A stretch of DNA of 64,000 nt from Octopus vulgaris (taxonomy: Eukaryota), in contig OX597825.1 of the NCBI GenBank assembly GCA_951406725.2, positions 19,158,001-19,222,000 on the forward strand, read 5' to 3'. The translations under genes were made by a program, and so were the position numbers. Positions within the stretch are counted from its first letter, which is position 1. The number at the start of each line of letters is the position of its first letter. Positions 14,650 through 28,330 of the stretch are shown piece by piece. Under the pieces are notes generated by a model. That model saw only the letters and a list, made by a program, of their open reading frames with translations. It was not told the DNA's origin and made no database searches.

Positions 14650-14689
<40 letters not shown>

Positions 14690-14690
14690 C

Positions 14691-14968
14691 GTGGAGGCGC
14701 AATGGCCCAGTGGTTAGGGCAGCGGACTCGCGGTCGTAGGATCGCGGTTTCGATTCCCAGACCGTTCATTGTGAGTGTTTATTGAGCGAAAACCAGATAG
14801 TGGGTGGTGATCCCTGCTGTACTCTTTCACCACTCTTTCTCCAATTCTTTCTTCTGTTGGCTTGCTCGCTTAGCCATCGGGGTGGCGTCATTCGAAGGCT
14901 AAAACAATGCGAACGCATTGTGACCAGCGATGTGTAACTACATCTGATGGACTGGTCGGTCACGTGAT

Positions 14969-14975
<7 letters not shown>
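14691..14975 (+). mobile_element. SINE family A (tRNA-derived), tail type 1
   Basis: A box tggcccagtgg, B box gtttcgattcc; multiple copies in the window; inserted in (TA)n. Confidence 0.9.
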
Positions 14976-15005
<30 letters not shown>

Positions 15006-15623
15006 CACGCCCATATATATGAATGAATATACGAATGATACCTCTGTTTCCAGGTCATATTGCTCCTCGCTCACTTTTCGTCTGACGAAGTAATGAATGA
15101 ATTCATGAAATTTCCGAAATATCACGTCACTCTTCTTTTCCATTGATGACATAAACTAATAACACGTTATGATAAAATAGAATTCAATGAGGTTGATGGT
15201 GTTCGTTAAGGAGTATATTGTAATTCTCAAAAACGATTTTTAAAAATGTAGTAAACTCGATATGGTGAGAGGAATGTCCAAAATTTTGGAAGGAGAGATA
15301 TTAATGGGAAACATCAGCATCTATAATCCTCTGAGTGAAAAGAACAAAAGAAAAAATGGCTGCAAATTATAAGGAATGCAGAAGTATATGAGTGTCAACT
15401 CCATCCTGAAGAAGGACTCTGTCCGAAGCGTTGGATTTTCCACTCCCCGCGACAGGTTTACCGTCTTTTTATTGATAACACCATATTAGACAAAGTCTGT
15501 TGATCCAATATCATTCTCAATTTTTGCTGTCCATAATGTATATAAGCATCTGTGTGTCTTTTGTGGCTTCGTTTAATTTTACACACACAGACACACACAT
15601 ACATACATACATACATACATACA

Positions 15624-15659
<36 letters not shown>

Positions 15660-15671
15660 TATATATACGCC

Positions 15672-15802
15672 CAACAAATCCACTCACAAGAATTTGTTCG
15701 GACAGAATCTATAGCAGAGGACATTCGTTGAAGGTGCCATACAGTGGAACTGAATCCGGAATCATGTGGTTTGGAAGCAGACTTCTTACCACACAGCCAC
15801 AT
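15672..15802 (-). mobile_element. SINE family B 5' fragment, diverged
   Basis: caaatccactcacaag...cttaccacacagccac. Confidence 0.8.
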
Positions 15803-16164
15803 TTTCCCCTGTGTCAAACATTTACAACAGAAAATGTCACGCTTTATTAACATATAATTAAATAATTAATTCTAGTTAAAATAATCAAGTAATACATGAA
15901 GATGGTTTATACACCAGTACTTGAATTCAACACACTGAAAAACACAGATTTTGAATTAACAAGTTTCTTCGTTTGTTACCTTATGTTTCAATATTTTACA
16001 TAATACAAAATTTCCGTTGTATCAATCATTTGTTTATGATTTGAAGTGACAGATATTTCTGTAACTTTTTCTTCACAACATTTTCCTTTGAATAATATTT
16101 CTCTGTTTCATTCTTGTGACATTTATTTCCTTAGTTCCTGAAACCTGCTGCTACATATAGGAGC

Positions 16165-16430
16165 ACGTGTAAGAGTGGCTGTGTGGTAAGCAAATTGCTT
16201 ACCAACCACATGGTTTTGGGTTCAGTCCCACCTCGTGGCACTTTGGGCAAGTGTCTTCTACTATAGCCTTGGGCCGACCGAAGCGGTTCGGCAAAAGAGA
16301 CCGATAGAATAAGTACTAGGCTTACAAAGTACATGTCCTGGTGTCAATTTACTCGACTAAAGGCGGTGCTCCAGCATGGCCACAGTCAAATGAATGAAAC
16401 AAGTAAAAGAGTAAAAAGAGTAAAGAGTAT
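16165..16430 (+). mobile_element. SINE family B with internal deletion
   Basis: Head and tail (gtaaaagagtaaaaagag) present; central microsatellite segment missing. Confidence 0.9.
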
Positions 16431-17004
16431 GAGTAACTTACTGCGTGTCTTGCTAATATTCCCGTTATTAGTACCGTCAATATGGAGTTATTTTTATCCC
16501 TTCCTACTATTTTAACTGCTGTTATTACAAGTAATGCTAACGTGTAACAATGTACAGTGTAAAAGGCAAAATTGATGTTGAAATACTATAGAGAAACCGT
16601 GCGCAAACTGCGGCCTACCAATAATGAGCCCTGTTTCATGCAGTGCACTTCTCGATAAAGATCACCCATGCCCGCTATAGAATATTAAAAATCACTTCGC
16701 CAGTTTTCCATTGTCCAGAGTAAAATTCATGTCAAATAACAGAGCCGATACTATGAAATATAATGTTGTCTCAAATTGTATCTCATTTTATCTGAGTGAG
16801 GACTGGTTATTATTATTATTATTAAAGAAATCTGAAAGGATTATGCTTAGAGGGAAATTTTTCGAGACAGTAATATTATAACATCCTTTCTGCAGCTGTG
16901 ATTTATGAAGCCCAAACAACGAAACAGTAATTTGGGAATCCACAATAGTATTCTAAGACTCACTGAAAAAAATTTTGCTTTAGATGTAAGTATTGTTATG
17001 TATT

Positions 17005-17290
17005 GTGGAGCCGCAATGGCCCAGTGGTTAGAGCAGCAGACTCGCGGTCGGAGGATCGCGGTTTCGAATCCCAGACCGGGCGTTGTGTGTTTATTCAGCG
17101 AAAACACCTAAAAGCTCCACAAGGCTACGGTAGGGGATGGTGGAGATCCCTGTTGTACTCTTGTGCCACAACTTTCTATTCCTGTTTCTTGAGTAACGCT
17201 GCGATAGACTGGCGTCCCGTCCAGCTGGGATGAACTCTACAGAAACTGAGAAACCGGGTCTATGAGTCTGGCTAGGCTTGAAAAGGGCGA
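17005..17290 (+). mobile_element. SINE family A, tail type 2
   Basis: Same head as 14691; tail gactggcgtcccgtccag...cttgaaaagggcg; possible TSD tattgttatgtattg / tattggtatgtgttg. Confidence 0.9.
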
Positions 17291-17309
17291 CGTTTATCGT
17301 ATTTTTTTT

Positions 17310-17521
17310 ATTGGTATGTGTTGCAAAAAATAGCTAAGTTTCTTTATCAAGCATTTTTACATAGTTCGAACTGTACAAGGTAATGTGTAAAAAACAAAGT
17401 AGGAATTTTGAAAGAAGCTTCTATAAAACTAGTTTTTAAGCATCAAATCACTATGGGGGTCTACCAGAATAGAAGAGTAATCAAACGGGTCCATAGATTA
17501 AAAAATGGTTGAGAACCCCTG
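17310..17521. mobile_element. hAT-type MITE end (interrupted by SINE)
   Basis: Terminal ggttgagaacccctg is the reverse complement of CAGGGGTTCTCAACC, a hAT/Charlie-like TIR; partner TIR not seen. Confidence 0.55.
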
Positions 17522-17751
17522 CTCCACAGCAAACATTACTTTACCTCAAATGCGACGTGGAGAATTGACCTATAAGTGTGCTAGAAATAGAAACCAAATA
17601 TCTCTTAGCGTACATTGTACATTTTGAGAAAGCAAATGAATTATGTATATGTTATATTTTATATTTTAGGGAAAGTTTATAAACGAGAAATGAAATGTGA
17701 AGAATTCGTCAAGATCGATTTTGAACGAACGTCTGCTCAATCAGGATCTAC

Positions 17752-18035
17752 ATCAGCAGCAGCACTATCATAACTAACATCATCAACAACGTAATGATCG
17801 CAACCACCATAATCATCACTGGAAACATCACAACCATTGACGCAATCGTAATAATCAGCATCACCAGCGTGATCAGTACCAGCACTGGAGCCAGCCACAC
17901 GGCCAAAAATGACTCAATCACCACCACGACCATCAGCATCACCATCGCCGCCACCACCACCCCAAACAACAGCAACAATGATACAATCACCACCAGCACA
18001 AACACCAGCATCACACTTTCCCCATCATCATTACA
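17752..18035. repeat. Degenerate (CAN)n trinucleotide tract
   Basis: Mixed cac/cat/cag/caa repeats. Confidence 0.85.
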
Positions 18036-18439
18036 CTAAGAAATTTTTGCTGAATGTTTTGTCTTTTCTTCTTTTTTTTTTTCAGCTCTAATCAGAATTA
18101 AGAACGATATTCTTCAGGAAAGAAGGATTTTGTACAAAGATTTATATATGAGAAGTTCAACGGTCTCTGCAATGCTTTATAATATGCAGAAAATAGAAAC
18201 TTAACTGAGAGAAAAAAGAAAACACACACACACGCATACACACACATATATATATGAATACAGATATATATATATATATATATATATATGGATGTGTATA
18301 TATATGTGTGTGTGTGTAAATATATATGTATATATATACATATATATAATGATATACGTATACATACATACATAGATACATACATACATACACACACAGA
18401 CACACGCACACACACGCATACACATATATGTATATATAT

Positions 18440-18640
18440 GATTCACCGCTAGCCACTAAAGCTTTCTTTATTCTCTCTCAGATTATTGTATCGTGTTCTT
18501 TTCTGTTGAAAAGCGTGTGCTCGAAACGTAAGCAACATTCTCACTTTACTGAACGTTAAACTAATACACCTATTTGCCTATTTGTCGTTTACATACTTGC
18601 CTTCCTCTTCTTTTTATTTTTGTAAATTCCAACTATATAT
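18440..18640 (+). mobile_element. PLE-type terminal fragment with degenerate hammerhead (18503-18530)
   Basis: ctgttga-aaagcgtgtgctc-gaaacgta; same family in opposite orientation at 49980-50130. Confidence 0.6.
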
Positions 18641-18649
18641 ATATTGTTT

Positions 18650-18877
18650 GTTTTGTTTGTTTTTTCAGTTTCAGCTCTTGAGCTGTGGCCATGCTGGGGC
18701 ACCGCCATTGTGGTGAAAGAGTACAGCAGGGATCACCCCACCCCCCTGCCGGAGCCTCGTAGAGCTTTTAGGTGTTTTCGCTCAATAAACACACACAACG
18801 CCCGGTCTGAGAACCGAAACCGCGATCCTGCGACCGCGAGTCCGCTGCCCTAACCACTAGGCCATTGCGCCTCTACA
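18650..18877 (-). mobile_element. SINE family A head joined to a family B-type tail
   Basis: 18708-18877 is the family A head and core; 18650-18707 reads ggcggtgccccagcatggccacagc on the minus strand. Confidence 0.8.
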
Positions 18878-18912
18878 TATATATATATATAAGTATGTAT
18901 AGATATATGTAT

Positions 18913-19328
18913 ACTCTTTTACTCTTTTACTTGTTTCAGTCATTTGACTGCGGCCATGCTGGAGCACCGCCTTTAATCGAGCAACTCGACCCCGGAACTT
19001 ATTCTATTGTAAGCCCAGTACTTATTCTATCGGTCTCTTTTGCCGAACCGCTAAGTGACGGGGACACAAACACACCAGCATCTGTTGTCAAGCAATGCTA
19101 TGGGGACAAACACAGACACACAAACACACACACGCATACACATATATATATATATACATATATACGACGGGCTTCTTTCAGTTTCCGTCTACCAAATCCA
19201 CTCACAAGGCATTGGTCGGCCCGAGACTATAGTAGAAGACACTTGCCCAAGGTGCCACACAGTGGGACTGAACCCGGAACCATGTGGTTGGTAGACAGGC
19301 TACTTACCACACAGCCACTCCTGCGCCT
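18913..19328 (-). mobile_element. SINE family B, full length
   Basis: Complete head, internal microsatellite and (gtaaaaga)n tail. Confidence 0.92.
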
Positions 19329-19367
19329 ATATTTGTATATATAAATATATTTATATATATATATATA

Positions 19368-20030
19368 CTAGTTTAAAAGGCGACCTATCAGTCGGGTTTA
19401 AGGCTCGCTCCTGCAGAGGGCCCTTGATTGCGCTTTGGGCCCAACAATGTCACTTCATGCATTTATTAATTAATTGTTTTCATGAAAAGAATGATTGCAG
19501 GGCTGCATAATAAACAACATTTTTGACCTTCCCATTCGGGGGCGTCACAAATAGCTTTTCTCCATTCCCGACCCTTGAACAACCAGCATAGATCTGGCCG
19601 TGGGAAAAGCTGAGTTCCATCAGGTGAAACCCATTTAATTTCAATGACTGTGCTTGGGACTTTTGAACTCAAAAGGAAGATAGAAACGTTAGCACGCCGG
19701 ATGAAATGCTTAGCGGTATTTCGTCTGTTGTTACGTTTTGAGTTCAAATTCCGCCGAGGTTGACTTTGCCTTTCATCCTTTCGGGGTCGATAAATTAAGT
19801 ACCAGTTCCGCACTGGGGTCGATGTAATCGACTTAATACCTATGTCTGTCCTTGTTTGTCCCCTCTATGTTTAGCCCCTTGTGGGTAATAAAGAAATAGG
19901 AAGATCTGGAGGAATTAAGGGGATTCCTGGGATTAAAACTCTTTCCTCCTCTCCTGGACCAGTACAGATCTCCGCTTCTAAGACTTGAGGAAGCATATTG
20001 CTGCTGTATGCGATAGGCAACAATAATCTG
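19368..20030 (-). mobile_element. Helitron 3' end with Pif1-like helicase C-terminal remnant
   Basis: Minus-strand peptides VLEAEICTGPGEEERVLIPGIPLIPPDLPFEFK and KSQAQS...FSHGQIYAGCSRVG...KNVVY; hairpin then CTAG at 19368-19371. Confidence 0.85.
19682..19897 (+). mobile_element. SINE family C inserted in the Helitron helicase remnant
   Basis: B box gagttcaaattcc; core ctttgcctttcatcctttcggggtcgataaa; 8-bp TSD aggaagat (19674-19681 / 19898-19905). Confidence 0.9.
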
Positions 20031-20256
20031 CAGAAATGATCACGTCATTTAATTATTGTATTAATACTTAAGCCTACCTTTAAAAAGGGAGGGGGGGACA
20101 GAAAGAGATAGATTGAGTGAACGAAGGGAGTGGATAGAGAATAAAAGTGAAAGAGAGTGAAATCATTCTCATGGAGTAAATGCTGGAAAACGTTTCGGTT
20201 TGGACGTTATACGATAAAAACCTTTGAATGTACGAACTTGCCAACATAAATTTTGC

Positions 20257-20328
20257 CTATCTATGTACCTACCTACCAGCCTACCTACCTACCAACCGAC
20301 CTACCAACCGACTTACCAACCTACTTAC

Positions 20329-20405
<77 letters not shown>

Positions 20406-20462
20406 GATGTATCTATCTATGTATCTCTCTCTCTATCTATCTATCTGACTGTCTATCTACCT
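20257..20462. repeat. (CCTA)n/(CTAT)n tetranucleotide array
   Basis: Direct observation. Confidence 0.95.
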
Positions 20463-20999
20463 ATTATGTCTGTTGACAGACAGACTGGTAGGTAGACAGT
20501 TCATCTGTTTGTCAGCATCTCTCTTTAACACACGCACTCTCTTTCTCCCACAGTTTGTCTGTCTCTTTCTCAGCAAATAGCTGTGGATGTTATTGTTACT
20601 TTCAAAGAAGAGGCAGAAAGAAAAAGAGAAACAAATTGCGCTCAGCAAAAGACGTATATTTATAGTCAGTGACAGGGTTGAGTTCATTTTATGTTTTTAA
20701 ATGTTTATCAGTATTTTCAGAGTAATCAGATACATAACCACAGCAAATATTGAATATTACTTTTTTCTGTCCTACAATATAATTAACTACTGTATTCTAT
20801 ATACTGGGTCCTCAGCCACTATAGAACATTATATTTACTTTCCTGCAATGCAATTAGTTGTTATTTTTGAAGGTTCTTACATTTTATTTGCATTTCGTAG
20901 AATTTCCAAGGGTTCTGCTTATACATAATTAGACATAAGTACAGAGGTATACTCACCCAGACTTTAGTAATCGTAAGATTTGCCGTTTGCAAGGTATTT

Positions 21000-21323
21000 G
21001 TATAAAATTTAATTTAGAAATACCCATTTTCCTGAAAGTGATGAGGGGGAAAATATCGGGTCATGGGAATTTTCAGAAATTCCTCTCCCCAATCCCCCGG
21101 AAAATTTTTTGAAACAAATCTATACGTACACTCAATCAACAGGATCTAACCAATTATTTGTTGAAACATTTGTTAAAGGTATCTATTTTTCTGGAGTTTA
21201 TGAGGCGACAAATTCGGTAGGGTATCCATCTGTAGTTATGCCAATAATTTTTCGATACGTATTAAATGAAGTCACTACTTACATTTTTTATGCTGCCCGT
21301 GAAGTTTTCACGGGTGCAGCTAG
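21000..21323 (+). mobile_element. Helitron 3' end
   Basis: Hairpin cccgtgaa-gttt-tcacggg followed by tgcagCTAG then T; 5' boundary uncertain. Confidence 0.65.
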
Positions 21324-21694
21324 TTAAAACACTTATCGTACAAAAAATTTCATCGCAAAAAAGCCCGTAAGAAAAAAATCACAGAAAACAATCGCAGTAA
21401 TATAAACTTGGGGATATAAAATTTCAGAATTGCGGGACCAGATTCGTCCCAGAAGGTTTTTAATTTAGTCACAGATTCCCAAAAGGTGTATTAGGCTACG
21501 GCCTCTAGGAGTAAAGTTCAAAAAGTGTGACATACTGACACACATACATTCGCTTGTATTATATTATATATTATATGTATAAATATATATATTTACATAT
21601 ATACTTATATATATTTATATATATATATATGTATATATAAGTATATATATATATATATATATATATAACGGCGTTTGACGTCGTAGTTATACGC

Positions 21695-21746
<52 letters not shown>

Positions 21747-21934
21747 AAATTGGGACGAAAGAGAAGATGAGTAGGAAGTAGAAAATGTGAAGGCAAGGCA
21801 AGGCAGAGGCGACGGAAGAGTAGGAAACCCAGCATCAGCAACAAATTGATCATGAGGATAATATTAATATCAACACGACTACTAGTACTAACTACAACAA
21901 CAACAACAACTACTACTACTACTACTACTACTAT

Positions 21935-21972
<38 letters not shown>

Positions 21973-21999
21973 ATAATAATAATAACAATAATAACAATA

Positions 22000-22030
<31 letters not shown>

Positions 22031-22045
22031 TAATGATAATAATGG

Positions 22046-22088
<43 letters not shown>
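21695..22088. repeat. (GAT)n and (ACT)n/(AAT)n microsatellites
   Basis: Direct observation. Confidence 0.95.
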
Positions 22089-22089
<1 letters not shown>

Positions 22090-22625
22090 TGTGTAATAAG
22101 CAAAATAATTTAATCTACACACTGTGAGTTAGACAAAGAACCCATAAAAACGAAAGTAAAAAAATACTTGAAATCTTAGAGAAGCGGATAAAACAGACGC
22201 AGATAAGCAGAACTGCAACAAAATAAGTGTTATGTTCATATCAGCGGATTAAAAAAGCATTTTTATTTTTGTCCAAAGCTTAATATAACATCGACGACAT
22301 TCACACACATGTATACATATATATATACATACACACAGGCAGAAAGACACAGAAATAGACATAAATAAAGACAAAGTAATATTGAAAAGTGTGTATAACA
22401 CGCAGGTTATAGAAATTTAATAATGCATATTCGTGCAAACATAAATATATACCGACATAGATAAATATACAACCATTACTCGCAGGATATAGAAATTTAA
22501 TAAATGTATACTCAGTAGCATCGCTAGACAAATTGCAACACACTGTATCGTTGAAAGAGCCATATATACATATACTGACATGTTCGCGTTTTTGAATTTG
22601 TGGTTGTCAGAACGCGCGTTATTTA

Positions 22626-23138
22626 TCTATATATATAAAACTGTAGTTGTGTGAGTGTCTGTCCCCTTCGATTTAGATTCCTAGCTACTCCCACATTTTG
22701 CGGTGCGGTTTAACCAAATTCGGGTATCTTATAGTCGTGATTCATATCGAACCCGTCTGAGTATTAGCGCGCGTCTATGATGAGTCTACGATTTTAAATA
22801 TAATTTAACATCATTTTTTATTCCATTTTAATGCATAATTTTTCGTGTGTCGATGGCGGCGGAGTTGGCGTCCATGGTCACACCTGCACCTGTTTGCTTC
22901 TCCCCCTTCTTCCCTCCCTCGTGAAGCTGTGGGGAAAGGAGTGTAAGGAAATCAACGTCGTAAAGCGTTGTCAAGGAGACCAGCGTTCTTTTAGAACAAC
23001 GACTTCATGGCTTGAAGACACCAAAACAGAAATGGCTAAGAAAGCCCGAATTGGCATATATAAGGGAAGTAACTCTCTAAAAATGTTTATATAGTTATTT
23101 CCCTTACAAACCCGAGCAACACCGGGCGATACTGCTAG
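22626..23138 (+). mobile_element. Non-autonomous Helitron, both ends present
   Basis: A|TCtatatatataaa ... cccgagcaacaccggg cgatactg CTAG|T; 3' end nearly identical to the 8225 element. Confidence 0.88.
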
Positions 23139-23255
23139 TCTTGAATAAATGTGGCGTTATTCTCTTTCGGGATGTGTAGTTGTGTTCGTATTTGTTATTG
23201 GTCACTATGTTGATATACACTATATAGTTTTGCATATTAATAAAGACCTCTATAT

Positions 23256-23430
23256 ACATTTCTTTACTACCCACAAGGGGCTAAACACAGAGGAGACAAA
23301 CAAGGACAGACAAACGGATTAAATCGATTACATCGACCCCAGTGCGTCACTGGTATTTAATCTATCGACCCCGAAAGGATGAAAGGATGTCGACCGCGGC
23401 GGAATTCGAACTCAGAACGTAACGGCAGAC
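23256..23430 (-). mobile_element. SINE family C
   Basis: Reverse complement of 19725-19897. Confidence 0.85.
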
Positions 23431-23659
23431 GCGGTTCACTTGTCGTGGATTATTATTTAAGATTACGTCGATTCCGCTGTGGTGCTGATTTGCATTTACA
23501 ATAAAACAGATATATAAAAATTACAAAAATAATCTTTAAAATATACAATAGAGTAGTGATTCTACTTCGCAGATTTTCACCTATCGCAGCGGGGTTTGGA
23601 ACGTAACAGCCGCGATAATCGAGAGAGCATTGTGTATGTTTGTGTATGTATATGTGTAT

Positions 23660-24003
23660 GCGACTGTGTTTGTCCCCCTCTCCCACCGCTCGTCAACCGA
23701 TGTTGGTGTGCTTACGTCCCTGTTACTCAGCGGTTCGGCGAGAGAGACCGGTGGAGTAGTAGCCTGTAAAAAATTCCTGGAGTTGATTTGTTCGGCCAAA
23801 ACCACCAAGGCTGTACCCCAGCGTGGCCGTAGTCAAAAAACTGAAACAACTAAACTATACACGATATATATGGTCCCGGGTTCAGTCCAAATTTGTGGCA
23901 CGTTGGGCAAGTGTTTTCTACTATAGCCTCGGACCGACCAAAGCCTTGTGAGTGGATTTAGTAGACGGACTGAAAGAAGACCGTCGTATATATGCATACA
24001 CAC

Positions 24004-24089
<86 letters not shown>

Positions 24090-24326
24090 CTGTGTGTGTG
24101 TGTATGTGTGTGTGTGTTTGTGTGTGTGTGTTTGTCCCCCCAACATTTCTTGACAACTGATGCTGGTGTGTTTACGTCCCCGCAACTTAGCGGTTCGGCA
24201 AAGAGATCGATTGAATAAGTACTAGGCTTACAAAGAAAAAGTCCTGTGGTCGATTTGCTCGACCAAAGGCGGTGCTCTAGCATGGCCACCGTCAAATAAC
24301 TGAAACAAGTAAAAGAGTAAAAGAGT
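23660..24326 (+). mobile_element. Two tandem SINE family B copies (old 3' half plus near full length)
   Basis: 23660-23850 diverged 3' half; 23870-24326 with expanded internal microsatellite and tail. Confidence 0.85.
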
Positions 24327-24520
24327 ATATATATATATATATATACAAAATGAGAAAATGGAGAAATATATCTAAATCAATCATCTACCATCAGATAATA
24401 CCCAATCAATACTTTATTAAACCATTACACAATAGCAATGATATTATACATTAATATAGTACAAATATAACAAGACATAGAAATTGAAATAGAAAATACA
24501 TTTACATTGTAGCTGACAGC

Positions 24521-24552
<32 letters not shown>

Positions 24553-24639
24553 TAATCCAAACGGGAAAACAAAAAAACAACAACAATGGAACAATTACAG
24601 TATTATTATTAATAGGCGCTCAGGAAATGGAAGCAGGAG

Positions 24640-24678
24640 GGTATGACGTTTCGAGCGGAGCTCTTCGTCGGAAACATA
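24640..24678 (-). ncRNA. Minimal type I hammerhead ribozyme motif (PLE-associated)
   Basis: Minus strand: gttt-CCGACGA-a-gagc-tcc-gctc-GAAA-cg-TC-atac; palindromic acgt stem III. Confidence 0.6.
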
Positions 24679-25081
24679 AAGAAGGAAGAGAGAGGAAAGA
24701 AAGATCCCAAAGCGGGCAACAGGGATAGAGAAAAAAAACGACTGGTGTTTACGAGTTACACATGGTGAAAGGCAGAAGTTTACGATAACAAGAGCAAAGT
24801 AGGTTTTTAAAGGCAAAAGAGTGGAGACAAGGTTGGTAACGCAACAGATGTGTGTGTATGTGTGAGTGTGTGCGTGTGCGTGTGTGTATGTGTGTGTGTG
24901 ATGCGAGATAAAAAAACAAAAAATATATGTATGTGTTAGTGTGTGCGTCTGTGTGTAGGCGTGTGAGGTAGGGCGAGACACTGGTAGGCATAGCAGACAC
25001 TGGTCAGTAGTAAGAAAAAGAAGGAAGGAGGAAGGGAGGGAGGGGAAGGGGTGGGGATATATATATATATATATATATATA

Positions 25082-25945
25082 CTAGTGCGAACCCGCTATC
25101 TTTAAGGTAGCGTATTTTACATTGTATAATATATATATACATAGGTATACATATAGATTGCAGTAATTAAGAATAGAACAGAAAAGTCTACGCATCTGAT
25201 ATGGAATAGTTGAAATATTTGCAAACTCTATAGCCCGATATTATTCGCTGTCATCTTGCGTTAAAACCCAGTTTCATTGCAGCCTCGTTGTAATTATGGT
25301 AAACTGCACCGTTAATAATCCTCATATCTTCAAATGATATAACTCTGTGAATATGATATAGTTAAGCTCTTAGATAGAATCGCTCTTGTTTCTTTGGTGA
25401 AGCAAATTAGGTACGCCCAATTGCGTGTGAATTACTTTTTCTGAGATGCCACATTTTCTCATTGTTATTCCATGTGTAAAATTCAAGGAAATCTGTATTA
25501 TGTAATGCATATGTAAATGAATTTACTGGTGATTCCCGGTTAACTCGATTCCATTCAGTGAGAATGGACCTGTCATGTGTGTGGGTATCATCATCGTTAT
25601 TAAAGTTTGCTATTGGAGTAAATGAAGTGTAAGCTTTTAGATTAAAGTTTATGAACCATGTAATTTGAACCCTGAAATCTTCTTCAATTGGGGTAGGGGG
25701 TGAAATTTGAAAAGTGTTATTTTTCTTTTCGGCACATTCGTAATCTCTGCTATCTAAAACGTAGGAATACGAAAAAAATGTTTTCAAATAAATAATATTT
25801 TCAGTGAGAGGTGCGATTCTGCATTCGCCCCCAATTAAGTTTACATACACCTGTTGATTGGTGGTCGGTAAGTACCACAAGCAGTATGTCACCAATTATC
25901 TGTTCATTAAGTCCATTCCGAACCATGCTGAAAGTTTCCATCGCT
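25082..25945 (-). mobile_element. Internally deleted Helitron with RepHel remnant
   Basis: ORF 25407-25895 ends ILTEWNRVNRE...FYTWNNNEKMWHLRK...AIGR, then past a stop SPKKQERFYLRA*LYHI..VISFEDMRIING..YNEAAMKLG, typical of the RepHel inter-domain region; hairpin plus CTAG at 25082. Confidence 0.85.
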
Positions 25946-26549
25946 TTCTTATGGAGAGCAGCAAAGTGTATCCGGGACCCCTTTTAATACTGTGGATATA
26001 TAAAGCTTGCTCTATTTTTTTGTAATATATACGTCTATTTAAAGTAGAACTTTTGGGCGAAGGGTTAGATTTGGGCTTAGTTTTGGGGTTAGGGTTAAGA
26101 GGTGTGCACGCGTTTTATCTTCGAACTTAACCATCATAAAAATACGAATATCTTCGAAAAGATTAGTTTACCCTAATTTTAATTGCGTTTCTCGTAATCT
26201 ACATGTTCATTTTACCCTAGAAAACTTTTTCTTTTTAATTTGCCGTTGGGAAAGATTTTTCATATATATACCAAAACAAAATTGTGTTAAAGAAACGGCA
26301 ATAAATACTTTTAGAGGTTGAATATCACAAAAGCAAATTAAATTGTATGAATAGATCGTAAGACAAACCCGCGAAATTTTCAAATACCGTTCACGGTAAA
26401 ATATTTTCTTCCCGCATGCTCATAAACGTATGCTTCGGTCTGCAAAATACTATGACCGGTTAATATGTATCACTGGACATGCGTAACCGGACATACAGAG
26501 AAACACCTTTTCTGTTAAATATATTACTAATGCTCCGATACGACGTCCC

Positions 26550-26652
26550 GGACCATAAAAGAAGATACTTGCCCAAGGTGCCACGCAGTAGGACTGAATC
26601 CTGAACCATGTGATTGAGAAGCAAACTTCATTACCATATAGCCGCGCGTGCA
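26550..26652 (-). mobile_element. SINE family B head fragment
   Basis: acttgcccaaggtgccacgcagtaggactgaa. Confidence 0.75.
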
Positions 26653-26724
26653 CCTATATATACAGCTAAAGGAGTTTTTTTCTAGTGTATCTATCTATGC
26701 GCGTATGTGTGCGAGCGCGTCTGT

Positions 26725-27019
<295 letters not shown>

Positions 27020-27499
27020 GGAAAACGTTTTCTTGTGTCTGCTGCAGATATGAAATTCTTTATGTCTGACAGCAATTGGAAATTGTAAGTTTATAGAAGA
27101 TAACATTCAGATTGACATGTTTAGTCTTAAAACTATAAAGAAATGAACGCAAACAAAGTCTATTGGTTAAAATGTAGAACTAAACGGATAATTATCCGAC
27201 CTTTGTCTCTCTTGGGTGTTCTACATTTTCAACTGTGATATGTTAGACAGCATTAAATTTTCACGCATCAAGAACGGTGAGATATAAATATTACTTTTTC
27301 TTTCTTATTTTTTTTTTATTTCATAATGTGTCACGGGAAGTGGTTTTGAATAGGGATAGCATTCTGGAATTTCGTTTCTGTTTCAAAATGTAATGAACAC
27401 CAGAAGAATAAATAAACAAATTGATAGTAATTACAGAACGTCTTTAGGAAAAGAAATATAGGTTAGAAAATTATACCGAGATGTGTGTAAACGTGTGTA

Positions 27500-27513
27500 A
27501 ACACACACACACA

Positions 27514-27553
<40 letters not shown>

Positions 27554-27751
27554 CTAAAGACAGATATAAGCAATCGGAAACATTCTCCTACGTGGGTTTA
27601 CCGCTCTCTCATACTCGCTGTGTGTATGTATTTATGTATATATATACACACATATATGTGTGTATGTGTGTGTGTGTGTGCGTGCGGATATGTATATCTG
27701 TAGATATGTAAATATAAATGTATGTGTACATATACACTCAAAGATATATAC

Positions 27752-27812
<61 letters not shown>

Positions 27813-27865
27813 TATAGATATATACATATATATATTAATATATATAAACACATATATATACATAT

Positions 27866-27905
<40 letters not shown>

Positions 27906-28195
27906 TAAAATTCCCAAACAGTCATACCCAAAGGCAAAGGGAGAGAGAGAGAGAGAGAGAGAAAGAGAAAGAGAGAGATAGAGAAAGAGAAAGAGAGAGA
28001 AAGAGAGAGAGAGCGTATAAAGAGAAAGGGATGCCAACACATACACACACACACGTGCATATGATATTAAGAGCAAACAAAAGAGAAACCCTTAGCGTCA
28101 GTATGTTGTCTTCCATTCCATAACACCAGATATGTATGTATGTATGTATATGTGTACATGTATATATATGTATATATATGTATGTATGTTAGTAT

Positions 28196-28253
<58 letters not shown>

Positions 28254-28330
28254 ATATATATATACACATCTATATATACATACACATATACACACATTAT
28301 ATATTTGTGTGTGTGTATGTACATATACAT
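27500..28330. repeat. Low-complexity (TA)n/(CA)n/(GA)n field
   Basis: Direct observation. Confidence 0.9.

Noticed and set aside
14691-14765. Functional tRNA gene
   Set aside because: tRNA-like head continues into SINE body; present in many diverged copies
18865-19344. Repeated peptide 'SFRLPNPLTR...PKVP' suggesting a gene family
   Set aside because: Antisense translation of non-coding SINE family B
26081-26102. Telomeric TTAGGG-like motifs
   Set aside because: Only two or three degenerate units; likely internal to the adjacent element
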